From a virus (Duplodnaviria > Caudoviricetes): a stretch of 43,415 nucleotides of DNA. Shown piece by piece: positions 18,128 through 27,664 of the stretch (within the stretch, counting starts at the first letter, position 1; the number at the start of each line of letters is the position of its first letter). A program made the position numbers and the translations under genes. The stretch covers positions 1 to 43,415 of the IMG/VR virus record IMGVR_UViG_3300038336_000120; one strand, 5' to 3'. The notes below the pieces were generated by a model. The model was not told the DNA's origin. It saw only the letters and a list, made by a program, of their open reading frames with translations, and searched no databases.

Positions 18128-18336
18128 CGCAGTCGCGTGTGATGGCGTTCGTTGAGGCCGCGACCAATGTGATCGTCGGCTATGCGCTGGCAATCGTCAC
18201 GCAGATCGTTGTGTTCCCATGGTTCGGCATCGAGGCCGCACTCACGGAGCACCTGACGATCGGCTTGGCGTTCATGGCTGTTTCGCTGGCGCGGGGGTAT
18301 CTGGTTCGACGGTTATTTGAACGTTGGTGGGCATAG
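18124..18336 (+). CDS. Small two-TM membrane protein
   Basis: ATGA-coupled; EAATNVIVGY...VSLARGYLVRRLF hydrophobic pattern typical after phage MTases. Confidence 0.65.
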   Translation: MTQSRVMAFVEAATNVIVGYALAIVTQIVVFPWFGIEAALTEHLTIGLAFMAVSLARGYLVRRLFERWWA

Positions 18337-18410
18337 CCAGACGCTGGCACTTTCTGCTGTGGTATGATACCTTCATACTGAAGTTGTTGATCGCCACGGG
18401 GAAAAATTCG

Positions 18411-18692
18411 ATGTCTGCCATTCAAAAAAGAACTGTCAGCCTGCCACAGGAGCATGCGGCGTTTATAGATCGCCTGGTGGAATCCGGTGCATATGGCTCG
18501 GCAAGCGAAGTGGTGCGCGCCGGTTTGCGCGCCCTGCAGGAGCGCGATGCCGCCGTGGAACGCTGGCTACATGACGAAGTTACGCGCACCTATGACGAGG
18601 TTGCGGCCAGCCCGGATCGCGTTGTTCCGGCGGAGGCCGTTCGAGAGCGCTTGCGCGCCCGGCACCTTCAGCGTGGTGCCACCGAGCAATGA
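18411..18692 (+). CDS. parD: ParD-type RHH antitoxin
   Basis: TVSLPQEHAAFIDRLVESGAYGSASEVVRAGLRAL; GTATGA-N5-TCATAC palindrome upstream (18362-18378). Confidence 0.85.
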   Translation: MSAIQKRTVSLPQEHAAFIDRLVESGAYGSASEVVRAGLRALQERDAAVERWLHDEVTRTYDEVAASPDRVVPAEAVRERLRARHLQRGATEQ

Positions 18693-18991
18693 AGGAACGC
18701 AAAGTTGTCTTCAGCCTCGACGCCGAGGCTGAACTCCTTGAACTGTATGAGTGGATCGCAAACGCTGCGTCACCGGATGTTGCGTTTGGCTATGTGACGC
18801 GGATCGAGGCCTTCTGCCAGAGGTTGGGCATTGCGTCCGAGCGCGGTCAGTCCCGTGATGACATCAGGCCCGGTTTGCGCATCATTGGTTTTGAACGCCG
18901 CGTCACGGTCGCGTTCAAGGTGGAGCTTGACCGCGTCGTGATCCTGCGCCTGTTTTACGGCGGCCGTGATTGGGAAACACTGATGAGCTGA
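18689..18991 (+). CDS. parE: ParE/RelE-family toxin
   Basis: VVFSLDAEAELLELYEWIA...G.SRDDIRPGLR...VVILRLFYGGRD; ATGA-coupled to antitoxin. Confidence 0.85.
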   Translation: MKERKVVFSLDAEAELLELYEWIANAASPDVAFGYVTRIEAFCQRLGIASERGQSRDDIRPGLRIIGFERRVTVAFKVELDRVVILRLFYGGRDWETLMS

Positions 18992-18994
18992 TCC

Positions 18995-19513
18995 TCAGTT
19001 CGCCCGGTAAACCCGCCCTCTGCCCTCGATTTTCTCGGAGGTGATGGTCAGGCTGAGCTTCTTCTTCAGCGCACCGGAGAGAAAGCCTCTGGTGGTATGC
19101 CCTGCCCAGTTGGTTGCGGCCATGATCTCGGCGACCGTCGCGCCGTCCTTGGCGCGCAGCATGGCGATCACTGCCTCCTGCTTGGTGCCGCTGCGGCGGC
19201 GAATGGGTTCGGGCGCAGTCTCGGTTTCGGCCGGAACCGCGCCGCGCGTGTCATCCGCGATCCCGAGGGTGCTGTAGGTCAGCCGGGTGGCCCGCAGCGT
19301 GATCGGGCCGCGCGCCTCGTCGTGCCGCCAGACGGTGTTGAGGTCGGTGGCTGCGACCTCCTCGATCAGGCCGCGCTTCAGAAGGCTCTTGCAGACATTG
19401 CCGACAGCGCCGCCTTTCAGCTTGGCCGTGATCGGAAACACCATCCCGTCGTCGCGCCCGCAGGCCGTTGAAAGGATGATGGATTGGGTGTCAGTCAGCT
19501 GGATCTGGGTCAT
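18995..19513 (-). CDS. DUF3489-family wHTH protein
   Basis: RSGTKQEAVIAMLRAKDGATVAEIMAATNWAGHTTRGFLSGALKKKL...RGRVYR; GGGAG RBS. Confidence 0.85.
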   Translation of the reverse strand: MTQIQLTDTQSIILSTACGRDDGMVFPITAKLKGGAVGNVCKSLLKRGLIEEVAATDLNTVWRHDEARGPITLRATRLTYSTLGIADDTRGAVPAETETAPEPIRRRSGTKQEAVIAMLRAKDGATVAEIMAATNWAGHTTRGFLSGALKKKLSLTITSEKIEGRGRVYRAN

Positions 19514-19601
19514 CGTCGTCTCCCGTATCGGGGCGCGACAGTCGAGCCCCTTCTACTAGGCCAAGCCCGCCGGTCGGCGGGCGAGTCCGGAAGGGGTGTC
19601 G

Positions 19602-19826
19602 TTACTCGGCGTGTTCGCCTTCCTTGAAGGCGCTGTCGCTGATCTCGCGCAGCTTGGCGCGGTGGTGGTTCAGGGCGCCGACGTGCCCCCAGTGAATCTC
19701 GTCAGGGCTGGTCTCGAAATGGTCGGCGCTCAGGGCGGCGAGCCGCTCCAGCATGGCGTCGATCTCGACCTTGGCGGCGAGGAAGGCGTCTAGGGCTTTT
19801 GTGTTATCCTGTGCGCGGCGGGTCAT
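19602..19826 (-). CDS. Small hypothetical protein
   Basis: ALDAFLAAKVEIDAMLERL...PDEIHWGHVG; GGAG RBS. Confidence 0.7.
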   Translation of the reverse strand: MTRRAQDNTKALDAFLAAKVEIDAMLERLAALSADHFETSPDEIHWGHVGALNHHRAKLREISDSAFKEGEHAE

Positions 19827-19887
19827 TTTGGTGGCTCCGTGGTGAGTTGCATCGTCCTTGTGGAGACATGTTCGCTCTGTCCGGGAC

Positions 19888-19906
19888 GCTTATCAAATCG
19901 ATAAGC
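19888..19906. promoter_or_regulatory. Palindrome in the divergent gap before terS
   Basis: GCTTATC-AAATC-GATAAGC. Confidence 0.4.
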
Positions 19907-19937
19907 ATATGTTTTGGAATGATAATCGGAGCCGTCA

Positions 19938-20498
19938 ATGCAGGGCATGAGCGAGCGCCAGTACGCCGCGCATGTCGGCCTGTCGCGGGGCGCGATCCAG
20001 AAGGCAAAGACGGCCGAACGGCTTGTGATGTTCGCCGATGGCAGCATCAACGCGGCCGCCAGCGATGTGCGCCGGGCGGATACGACCGACCCGTCGAAGA
20101 CCCGGAAGCCGCCCGAGCCGAAGCTGAAGCCGGTGCCCGAGGCGGCCGTTGCTGCCGTCGGCGATACGCTGCGCGAACAGGGTCTGGCGGTGCCAGCGGT
20201 TGGCGGTGGCACGACATACCTGCAGGCCAAGACGGCCAACGAGGTGCTGAAGGCGCAGGAACGTCGGATCCGGCTGCAAAAGCTGAAGGGGGAATTGATC
20301 GAGCGCGCCCGGGCGCTGTCGCTGGTGTTCCGGCTGGCGCGCGAGGTGCGGGACGCTTGGGTGAACTGGCCTGCGCGGTCGTCGGCCCTGATGGCGGCGG
20401 AACTGGGCGTGGAACCGGCCGCGATGCAGAAGGCCTTGGAAAAACATGTACGCGCCCACCTCGACGAGCTTGCCGATGTCCGGCCTGATTTCCGGTGA
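19938..20498 (+). CDS. terS: Terminase small subunit (Nu1-like)
   Basis: N-terminal HTH MSERQYAAHVGLSRGAIQKA, coiled LKAQERRIRLQKLKGELI; directly precedes terL. Confidence 0.8.
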   Translation: MQGMSERQYAAHVGLSRGAIQKAKTAERLVMFADGSINAAASDVRRADTTDPSKTRKPPEPKLKPVPEAAVAAVGDTLREQGLAVPAVGGGTTYLQAKTANEVLKAQERRIRLQKLKGELIERARALSLVFRLAREVRDAWVNWPARSSALMAAELGVEPAAMQKALEKHVRAHLDELADVRPDFR

Positions 20499-22446
20499 CG
20501 ATGATGGCCTGACGGGTTTCGACGGCGCAGCAGAAATCCTGCGCACCTGGGGCGCGGGGCTGACGCCTGACCCCGATCTGACGGTGTCGCAATGGGCGGA
20601 CAAGCACCGGATGCTGTCGGGCCGCGCATCGGCAGAACCCGGGCGCTATCGCACGGCGCGCACGCCCTACATGCGCGAGATTATGGATCGGCTGTCGCCC
20701 GGCGATGTGATGCAGCGGATCGTGTTCATGAAGGCGGCACAAGTCGGCGCGACCGAGGCAGGCAACAACTGGATCGGCTTTGCCATCCACCAGGCCCCGG
20801 GCCCGATGCTCGCGGTCCAGCCCACGGTCGAGCTGGCCAAACGCAACTCGCGCCAGCGGATCGATCCTCTAATTGACGAAAGCCCCGACCTTCGGGAGCG
20901 GGTCAAACCGGCGCGGTCGCGCGACGCGGGCAACACGATGCTGTCGAAGGAATTCGCGGGCGGCATCCTGATCATGACCGGCGCGAACTCGGCGGTCGGG
21001 CTGCGCTCGACCCCGGCGCGATACATCTTTCTCGACGAGGTCGACGCCTATCCGGCCTCGGCCGACGAGGAAGGCGATCCGGTCACATTGGCCGAAGCAC
21101 GATCGCTGACCTTTGCCCACCGGCGCAAGGTGTTCCTGGTCTCGACCCCCACGATTCGGGGTCTGAGCCGGATCGAACGGGAATACGAGGCTAGCGACCA
21201 GCGGCGGTTCTTCGTGCCGTGTCCGCACTGCTACCAGTTCCAATGGCTGAAGTTCGACCGGCTGCGCTGGCAGAAGGGTAAGCCGGAAACGGCGGAATAT
21301 CACTGCGAGGGCTGTAATCAGCCCATCGGCGAGCATCACAAGACGGCGATGCTGGACGCAGGAGAGTGGCGCGCGACGGCCGTCGCCGCCGATCCGACCA
21401 CGGTCGGGTATCACCTGTCGGCGCTTTACTCGCCGATCGGCTGGTTGAGTTGGGAGCGGATCGTGCGGTCATGGGAGGCGGCCCAAGGGTCGGACGAAGC
21501 GATCAAGGCGTTCCGCAACACCATCCTTGGCGAAACTTGGGTCGAAACCGGGGAAGCCCCTGACTGGCAAAGGCTCTACGACCGGCGCGAGCGCTGGAAA
21601 TCCGGCACGGTGCCTGCGGGCGGGTTGTTCCTGACCGCCGGGGCCGACGTGCAGAAAGACCGGATCGAGGTCGATGTCTGGGCTTGGGGCCGCGGGCTGG
21701 AAAGCTGGCTGATCGATCATGTTGTCATAGAGGGCGGGCCTGGCGATCCGGCGTGCTGGCAGAAGTTGACCGACCTGCTCGGACAAACATGGGCTCACGC
21801 AACCGGCACGCATATGACGATTGCCCGGCTGGCCATCGACTCCGGCTTCGAGACCAGCGCCGTCTATGCCTGGTCGCGGCAGGTGGGGTTTGCACAAGTC
21901 GCCCCCGTGAAGGGGCTGGAAGGGTTCAACCGCTCGAGCCCGGTGACGGGGCCCACTTACGTGGACGCGACCATCGCGGGCAAACGCCTGCGCCGTGGCG
22001 CGCGGCTCTGGACGGTGGCCAGCTCAACCTTCAAGGCAGAAACCTACCGCTTCCTGCGGCAGGAACGGCCGACGGCAGAGGATATCGACGCTGGTGCGTC
22101 ATTTCCTGCTGGAACGGTGCACCTGCCGGACTGGGCCGACAGCGAGTGGCTGAAGCAGTTGACCGCCGAACAACTGGTGACGGTCAAAAGCCGCCGCGGG
22201 TTCTCGAAGCTCGAATGGCAGAAGCTGCGCGAGCGCAACGAGGCGCTCGATATCCGCATCTATGCGCGGGCGGCGGCGTGGATCCTTGGGGCGGATCGGT
22301 GGCCGGAAGCGCGGTGGATGGAATTGGAAGGCCAGTTCAAGGTGATCGACGGTGCAGGCAAAGAGGCAGCAGCAAGAACGGAGAAGCCGCGCGCGCCCCG
22401 AAGTTCGGCGCGGCGAAAGACTGTGCGGTCGAGCTACATGGCGTGA
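20476..22446 (+). CDS. terL: Terminase large subunit (lambda GpA family)
   Basis: MKAAQVGATE Walker A, YIFLDEVD Walker B, STPT, CPHC/CEGC, GADVQKDR, RNEALD; start 20446-20476 uncertain. Confidence 0.95.
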   Translation: MSGLISGDDDGLTGFDGAAEILRTWGAGLTPDPDLTVSQWADKHRMLSGRASAEPGRYRTARTPYMREIMDRLSPGDVMQRIVFMKAAQVGATEAGNNWIGFAIHQAPGPMLAVQPTVELAKRNSRQRIDPLIDESPDLRERVKPARSRDAGNTMLSKEFAGGILIMTGANSAVGLRSTPARYIFLDEVDAYPASADEEGDPVTLAEARSLTFAHRRKVFLVSTPTIRGLSRIEREYEASDQRRFFVPCPHCYQFQWLKFDRLRWQKGKPETAEYHCEGCNQPIGEHHKTAMLDAGEWRATAVAADPTTVGYHLSALYSPIGWLSWERIVRSWEAAQGSDEAIKAFRNTILGETWVETGEAPDWQRLYDRRERWKSGTVPAGGLFLTAGADVQKDRIEVDVWAWGRGLESWLIDHVVIEGGPGDPACWQKLTDLLGQTWAHATGTHMTIARLAIDSGFETSAVYAWSRQVGFAQVAPVKGLEGFNRSSPVTGPTYVDATIAGKRLRRGARLWTVASSTFKAETYRFLRQERPTAEDIDAGASFPAGTVHLPDWADSEWLKQLTAEQLVTVKSRRGFSKLEWQKLRERNEALDIRIYARAAAWILGADRWPEARWMELEGQFKVIDGAGKEAAARTEKPRAPRSSARRKTVRSSYMA

Positions 22447-22459
22447 TTTCGGGCTGCGC

Positions 22460-23074
22460 TCAGCGTTGCCGCTTCTCGCGGCTGCGCTGGAAGGCTTCGA
22501 GCGAGACCTTGCGGCGCTCGGCGATCGCGCGGAGGCTTGCCGCAATCTCCGCTGCACCGAAATCGGTGGGATGGAAAGGGCCGCCGTACCAGCGAACCAT
22601 GTCCTTGTGCTGCAGGTGGCTGCGTTTCGCGATGGCTTCCAGAAAGTCCATGAAGCCGGACGGACCGCCGACGTCTTCGGGCGGCGCGCGACGCTCACCA
22701 TCAATGGAGGTGGGATAGTCGATGTCTGGATCAGCAACACCGACGCTTTCCACCGTGATCCGGTGTCGCCAGTCGTCGCCGAAATCGTAGGTATAAAGGA
22801 ACTCCGTGACCCCGCGGTCGATCAACGTGCCAAGCCGCATGGACTTGGCCTGGTAAGTCTTGCGCGCCCAGATTGCGTCATCAGGGCCGGGTTCACCGTA
22901 GTCGCGGCCCGCCACCGTGAACTGGTAGAGGTGATAGCCCTCCCACGGCATCACCGCTTGGATCACCTCATGCAGGACCCGCAGATTGGTGGTGAGGCTG
23001 ACCTCGATGCGCCGCCAGATTCGCGGCTCGATATGTTCGAGCTCAATAATGATCCGGGCGATTTTCTGAGACAT
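22460..23074 (-). CDS. Plasmid pRiA4b ORF3-family protein (moron)
   Basis: PRIWRRIEV, LHEVIQAVMPWEGYHLYQF, YTYDFGDDWRHRI, APPEDVGG; antisense to late operon. Confidence 0.85.
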   Translation of the reverse strand: MSQKIARIIIELEHIEPRIWRRIEVSLTTNLRVLHEVIQAVMPWEGYHLYQFTVAGRDYGEPGPDDAIWARKTYQAKSMRLGTLIDRGVTEFLYTYDFGDDWRHRITVESVGVADPDIDYPTSIDGERRAPPEDVGGPSGFMDFLEAIAKRSHLQHKDMVRWYGGPFHPTDFGAAEIAASLRAIAERRKVSLEAFQRSREKRQR

Positions 23075-23121
23075 GGCGCGACCTGAACGTGGTTTTGGCG
23101 CAAACATAGAAGGCGACGGCC

Positions 23122-23337
23122 ATGGCGACAATCACAGAACTGCGTGCCCGACGCGAGGTGCTGGCCGCGCAACGGTCATCTGGTGTGGCGCGTGTTAGCT
23201 ATGACGGCAAGACCGTGGACTATCGTAGCCTTGCCGAGATCGACCGAGCAATTGAGGTGATTGACCGCGAAATTGCTATGACCGAAGGGCGCAAGATCAT
23301 CCGGCTGGTGCGCGTGACTACCACCAAGGGATTGTAG
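23122..23337 (+). CDS. gpW-like head-tail joining protein
   Basis: SGVARVSYDGKTVDYRSLAEI; lies between terL and portal. Confidence 0.85.
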   Translation: MATITELRARREVLAAQRSSGVARVSYDGKTVDYRSLAEIDRAIEVIDREIAMTEGRKIIRLVRVTTTKGL

Positions 23338-23340
23338 CGC

Positions 23341-24867
23341 ATGGGCTGGCTTGATGCCTTTCGCCGCCGGGGCACCGGCGGCCCTGTCGCTGTGCGCGCG
23401 CGGCTTGAAGGGGCGATGTCGCAGCGCCGATTGCGGGGCTGGCAGCCGCCTTTGGAGAACATCAACTCGCTCGTCGCCTCGGGCGGGCCGCGTCTGTTGG
23501 CGCGATCGCGCGAGTTGGTGGTGACCAATGGTTATGCCGCCAATGCCTGCGAGGCGTTTGCGTCGAACCTCGTGGGCGACGGGATAAAGCCCTCGTCGCT
23601 GATCGAGGATCCGGATCTGCGCGACCTGGTGCAGCGGCTCTGGCTCGCCTGGACCGACGATGCAGACGCGGATGGGCTGACTGATTTCTACGGCCTGCAG
23701 GCGATGGTGGCGCGCGAGATGTTCGTTGCCGGTGAATGCTTCGTGCGGCTGCGACCGCGCCGGGCCGAGGATGGTCTGCTTGTGCCGATCCAGCTGCAAC
23801 TGCTTCAGTCGGAGATGCTGCCGTTCGAGAAGACTGAGGCGGCAGCCAACGGCAACCGCATCCGCTGCGGCATCGAGTTCGATGCCATCGGGCGGCGTCA
23901 GGCCTATCACTTCCGCCGCCGCCATCCCGGCGACAGCACCGATCAGGGCATGGTCGCGTCGGAGACGGTGCGTGTTCCGGCCGAGGAGGTCCTGCACGTC
24001 TACCGTCCCATCGATGCAGGCCAAATCCGGGGCCTGCCGCATGTGGCCCCGGCGATGGTGCGGCTGTTCCTCTTGGACCAATACGACGATGCCGAACTCG
24101 ACCGGAAAAAGACGGCGGCGATGTTCGCGGGCTTCATCACCAAGACAGCACCCGAAGAGCAGCTAATGGGGGAAATCGAAGCCACTGATGACAGTGGCGC
24201 AACCGTCAGTCTTGAGCCGGGCACCTTGCAGGTGCTCTTGCCGGGCGAGGACGTGAAGTTCTCCAGCCCCGCCGATGTGGGTGGCGGCTATGAAGCGTTC
24301 CAATACCGGACGCTATTGTCAGTCTCAGCTTCGCTCGGGCTGCCCTATCACCTCGTCACCGGTGATGTGCGCCAGGCCAACTATTCGTCCTTGCGCGCCG
24401 AACTGGTCGAGTTCCGCCGCCGCGTCGAGCAGTTGCAGCACGGGGTGGTCGCGCATCAGCTGTGCCGTCCGGTCTGGGCGCGCTGGCTGGAAACCGCAGT
24501 GTTGTCGGGCGCGCTGGACCTGCCGGACTTCGCCCGGTCCGCCGCGCGCTATCGTCCGGTGAACTGGATCCCGCCGCGTTGGGACTGGGTCGATCCTTTG
24601 AAGGACATTCAGGCGCAGGTGCTGGCGATGGAGGCCGGGATCATCTCGCGGCGCAAGGTGGTCGAGGCCACCGGCTACGACGTCGAGGAAATCGACCGAG
24701 AGAACGCTGCGGACGTCAAGCGCGCCGGAGACATGGGTCTCACGTATCGCACCAGCCCCGGCGCCACGCAGGGCGCCCGCGCGACACCGCAGAGCTTGCC
24801 GGACACTGGTGCGGCGGGACCCGATCCTGCCGACACGGGCGGCACCGATCCACAACAGGAGGCGTAA
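23341..24867 (+). CDS. Portal protein, lambda family
   Basis: LARSRELVVTNGYA, GIEFD, GQIRGLP, TGDVRQANYSSLR, WDWVDPLKD. Confidence 0.95.
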   Translation: MGWLDAFRRRGTGGPVAVRARLEGAMSQRRLRGWQPPLENINSLVASGGPRLLARSRELVVTNGYAANACEAFASNLVGDGIKPSSLIEDPDLRDLVQRLWLAWTDDADADGLTDFYGLQAMVAREMFVAGECFVRLRPRRAEDGLLVPIQLQLLQSEMLPFEKTEAAANGNRIRCGIEFDAIGRRQAYHFRRRHPGDSTDQGMVASETVRVPAEEVLHVYRPIDAGQIRGLPHVAPAMVRLFLLDQYDDAELDRKKTAAMFAGFITKTAPEEQLMGEIEATDDSGATVSLEPGTLQVLLPGEDVKFSSPADVGGGYEAFQYRTLLSVSASLGLPYHLVTGDVRQANYSSLRAELVEFRRRVEQLQHGVVAHQLCRPVWARWLETAVLSGALDLPDFARSAARYRPVNWIPPRWDWVDPLKDIQAQVLAMEAGIISRRKVVEATGYDVEEIDRENAADVKRAGDMGLTYRTSPGATQGARATPQSLPDTGAAGPDPADTGGTDPQQEA

Positions 24868-24871
24868 GCCC

Positions 24872-25942
24872 ATGAGAAACTGGTACACGATCCGCGCCCT
24901 AAGCATCGGCGCGGAGGTGGTGATCTATGACGAGATTGGGGCTTACGGTGTCTCGGCCAAAGGGTTTCTGGCGGAACTGGCAGCGCTCCCGGATGGCACA
25001 CCGCTTGCCTTGCGGCTGAACAGTCCGGGCGGCTCGGTCTTCGATGCGGTGGCAATCTACAACGCGCTTCAGCGACATTCCGGTACGGTGACGGTCTGGA
25101 TCGACGGCATTGCCGCCTCGGCTGCGTCCTACATCGCGATGGCGGGCGACGAGATCGTCATGCCGGAGAACGCCTTCCTGATGATCCACGACCCGGCCGG
25201 CATGGTCATGGGCACCGCTATCGATATGCGCGCGATGGCCGAGGCGCTGGACAAGATCAAGGGCAGCCTGTTGCAGGGCTATGCGGCCAAGTCGGGGCGG
25301 CCGCAGGAAGAGATTGCCCCCTTGATGGCAGCGGAAACCTGGCTCGATGCCAAGGATGCGCTCGATCTGGGTTTTGCCGACCGCATCGCAGAACCGGTCC
25401 GCATCGCCGCGCGGTTCGATGTGGGTCGGTTTCGCAATGCACCGCCTGCGTTGGTGGAGGGCGCGGATGATGCGGCCGCGGATGAACGCTCGGGCAATGA
25501 TGTGGCGGATGCCGATGATGCCTCAGAAGAGTCCGCGTCCGACGAGGATCCTGAAAGCGGTGCTGCGAACAAAATTCTTGAGAATGAGGATCGGCCCCCC
25601 GCCGAGCCCGATCCGCCCCCTGATCCTGACGCGCCGCCGCTGGCATCTGACGCGGCAAGTGCCGGTGGTGCCGTCACCATTGCCGATGTCGGCAACATTC
25701 GTGCCGAAGCACTCGCTCACGCCCGCGCCGTCGTCGATCTCTGCCGGCTTGCCGGGCAGCCGCAAATGGCGGGCCGGTTACTGGAACGCGACGTAGGTCT
25801 CGACGATGTCCGCGCCGCCCTGCTGGCCACCCGCGCCGAGACGGAACCCGATATCTCCGCCGCCCATCCGCAACCCGGCCGCCCGTCTGGCGCGCGCCCC
25901 TGGGGTGATGTCATCGCCCGCACCTTCCGTTTGAAAGGATAG
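24872..25942 (+). CDS. ClpP-type head maturation protease with acidic scaffold-like C-terminus
   Basis: RLNSPGGSVFD, AASAAS, LMIHDP, AETWLDAKDA; Asp/Glu/Pro-rich linker. Confidence 0.9.
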   Translation: MRNWYTIRALSIGAEVVIYDEIGAYGVSAKGFLAELAALPDGTPLALRLNSPGGSVFDAVAIYNALQRHSGTVTVWIDGIAASAASYIAMAGDEIVMPENAFLMIHDPAGMVMGTAIDMRAMAEALDKIKGSLLQGYAAKSGRPQEEIAPLMAAETWLDAKDALDLGFADRIAEPVRIAARFDVGRFRNAPPALVEGADDAAADERSGNDVADADDASEESASDEDPESGAANKILENEDRPPAEPDPPPDPDAPPLASDAASAGGAVTIADVGNIRAEALAHARAVVDLCRLAGQPQMAGRLLERDVGLDDVRAALLATRAETEPDISAAHPQPGRPSGARPWGDVIARTFRLKG

Positions 25943-25946
25943 AACC

Positions 25947-26312
25947 ATGCCGATCCTCACCGAACCCCCGCACGCGGGCGGCTTCCTCGTCTGGGAAGCA
26001 CTGCGCGACTATTGCCGCAGTACCGTCACTCTTGCCTCTGGCAACCTCCAGCCCGGCACCATTCTGGGCAAGATCACCGCCTCGGGCAAATACGCGGCCC
26101 ACGATCCCGCCGCGACCGACGGCACCGAGACCGCAGTCGCGGTGATCTGGGGCGCGGCCGATGCCGGTTCTGCCGAGGTTCCCGCCGTCGCCGTGATCCG
26201 CGGCCCGGCCATCGTCAACCGGTACGATCTAATCTTCGCGGGCACACCGTCCGAGCCCGAGATCGCCGCCGCCCATGCAGCACTCGCCAACGTCGGCATT
26301 CTCGTCCGCTGA
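25947..26312 (+). CDS. Head decoration protein
   Basis: PGTILGKITASGKY, DGTETAVAVI; between protease and capsid. Confidence 0.85.
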   Translation: MPILTEPPHAGGFLVWEALRDYCRSTVTLASGNLQPGTILGKITASGKYAAHDPAATDGTETAVAVIWGAADAGSAEVPAVAVIRGPAIVNRYDLIFAGTPSEPEIAAAHAALANVGILVR

Positions 26313-26339
26313 ACCCACACCCATCAAAGGAGGCACCCC

Positions 26340-27353
26340 ATGGCCACCATGGACATCTTCGAAGGCGATGCCTTCTCGATCATCGAGCTCACACGTGCTC
26401 TCGAAAACATCCCATTCAAGCCCACGACCCTGTCCGGGTCAGGCCTGTTCGGGCCGCGCGGCGTCCGCTCGCGCACCGTTGTGATTGAGTCCCGCGACGG
26501 CACGCTGTCGCTGATCCCGTTCTCCGAACGCGGCTCGGCCTATGACCAGCAGACCCCGGAACGCCGTGATGTGCGCGCCTTCGTCTGCCGCCAGTTCAAG
26601 AAACAGGACGTGATCTGGGCCTCGGAAATCCAGCAGGTGCGCGACTTCGGGTCCGAGTCCGCCACCCAGCAGGTGCAGGCCGAAGTTGCCCGCAAGCTGG
26701 GTCGTCTGCGCAACGACGCCGAGACCACGTTCGAATATCACCTCTTCAACGGCATCCAGGGGCTGGTGAAAGACCCGCGCGATGGTGCCACGGTGGTGAA
26801 CTACTTCACCGAGTTCGGCATCGCTCCGGCAGCGGAAGTGGACTTTGACCTCGACAACGCCACTCCGGCGTCTGGCGCTCTGCGCAAACGCTGCCAGGCG
26901 CTGATCGAAAGCGTCGAGGACACGATGGGCGGCCTTGCCACTGGTGCCATCGCGCTGCGCGCCGAATGCGGCTCGGCCTTCTTCGCTGATCTGGTGGCGC
27001 ATAAGGAGGTGCGCGAGACCTACCTCAACACCGCCGCCGCCGCCGATCTGCGCTCGCGCATCGCCGACGAGGTCAGCTTCGGCGGCATCACCTTCCGCCG
27101 CTACCGGGGTGGTGCGGGCTTCGGTGTCGCGACCGACAAGGCCGTGTTCTATCCCGAAGCCGTCGATGGTCTGTTCGAGATCTACCACGCCCCCGCCGAC
27201 ACGTTCGAGACGGTCAACACGCTGGGCCAGCCGCTTTACGCACGGATGATCCCCGACCGGGAACGTGATGAGTGGGTCCGGCTCGAGATCGAAAGCAATC
27301 CGCTGCCGATCTGCACCCGCCCGCAGGTGCTGCGCTCCGCGCGGCGGACGTGA
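26340..27353 (+). CDS. Major capsid protein (lambda gpE family)
   Basis: 337 aa, AAAGGAGG RBS, APADTFETVNTLG, ESNPLPICTRP. Confidence 0.92.
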   Translation: MATMDIFEGDAFSIIELTRALENIPFKPTTLSGSGLFGPRGVRSRTVVIESRDGTLSLIPFSERGSAYDQQTPERRDVRAFVCRQFKKQDVIWASEIQQVRDFGSESATQQVQAEVARKLGRLRNDAETTFEYHLFNGIQGLVKDPRDGATVVNYFTEFGIAPAAEVDFDLDNATPASGALRKRCQALIESVEDTMGGLATGAIALRAECGSAFFADLVAHKEVRETYLNTAAAADLRSRIADEVSFGGITFRRYRGGAGFGVATDKAVFYPEAVDGLFEIYHAPADTFETVNTLGQPLYARMIPDRERDEWVRLEIESNPLPICTRPQVLRSARRT

Positions 27354-27664
27354 TGAACGCCTTTGCTGCCGCCATTGAGATGCTCTTCGCCGATCCGAAC
27401 ATCGGCGCGGAGGCGATCTACACATCCGATGACGGCGCGCCGGTTCTGGTGCGCGCCGTTGTGCGGCGGCCGGACGAGGTAACCAACTTTGGCGATGCCC
27501 GGCTTTTGTCGGAAACCACCCGCGTTGATCTGCGCGGGGCCGAGGTGCCAGCCCCACGCCCCGGTGATCGGATCGAAATCGACGGTGCTGTCTTCCTTAT
27601 TCAGGGCGAGCCCGTCCGCGACCGCGAGCGATTGGTCTGGACGGTCAACCTGAGGCCCGAATGA
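27353..27664 (+). CDS. Head-tail joining protein (gpFII-like)
   Basis: TGATG-coupled; PRPGDRIEIDG...VW; position after capsid. Confidence 0.75.
   Translation: MNAFAAAIEMLFADPNIGAEAIYTSDDGAPVLVRAVVRRPDEVTNFGDARLLSETTRVDLRGAEVPAPRPGDRIEIDGAVFLIQGEPVRDRERLVWTVNLRPE

Noticed and set aside
18345-18360. Sigma-54 promoter TGGCAC...TGC before parD
   Set aside because: GG-to-GC spacing is 2 bp too short for the -24/-12 consensus.
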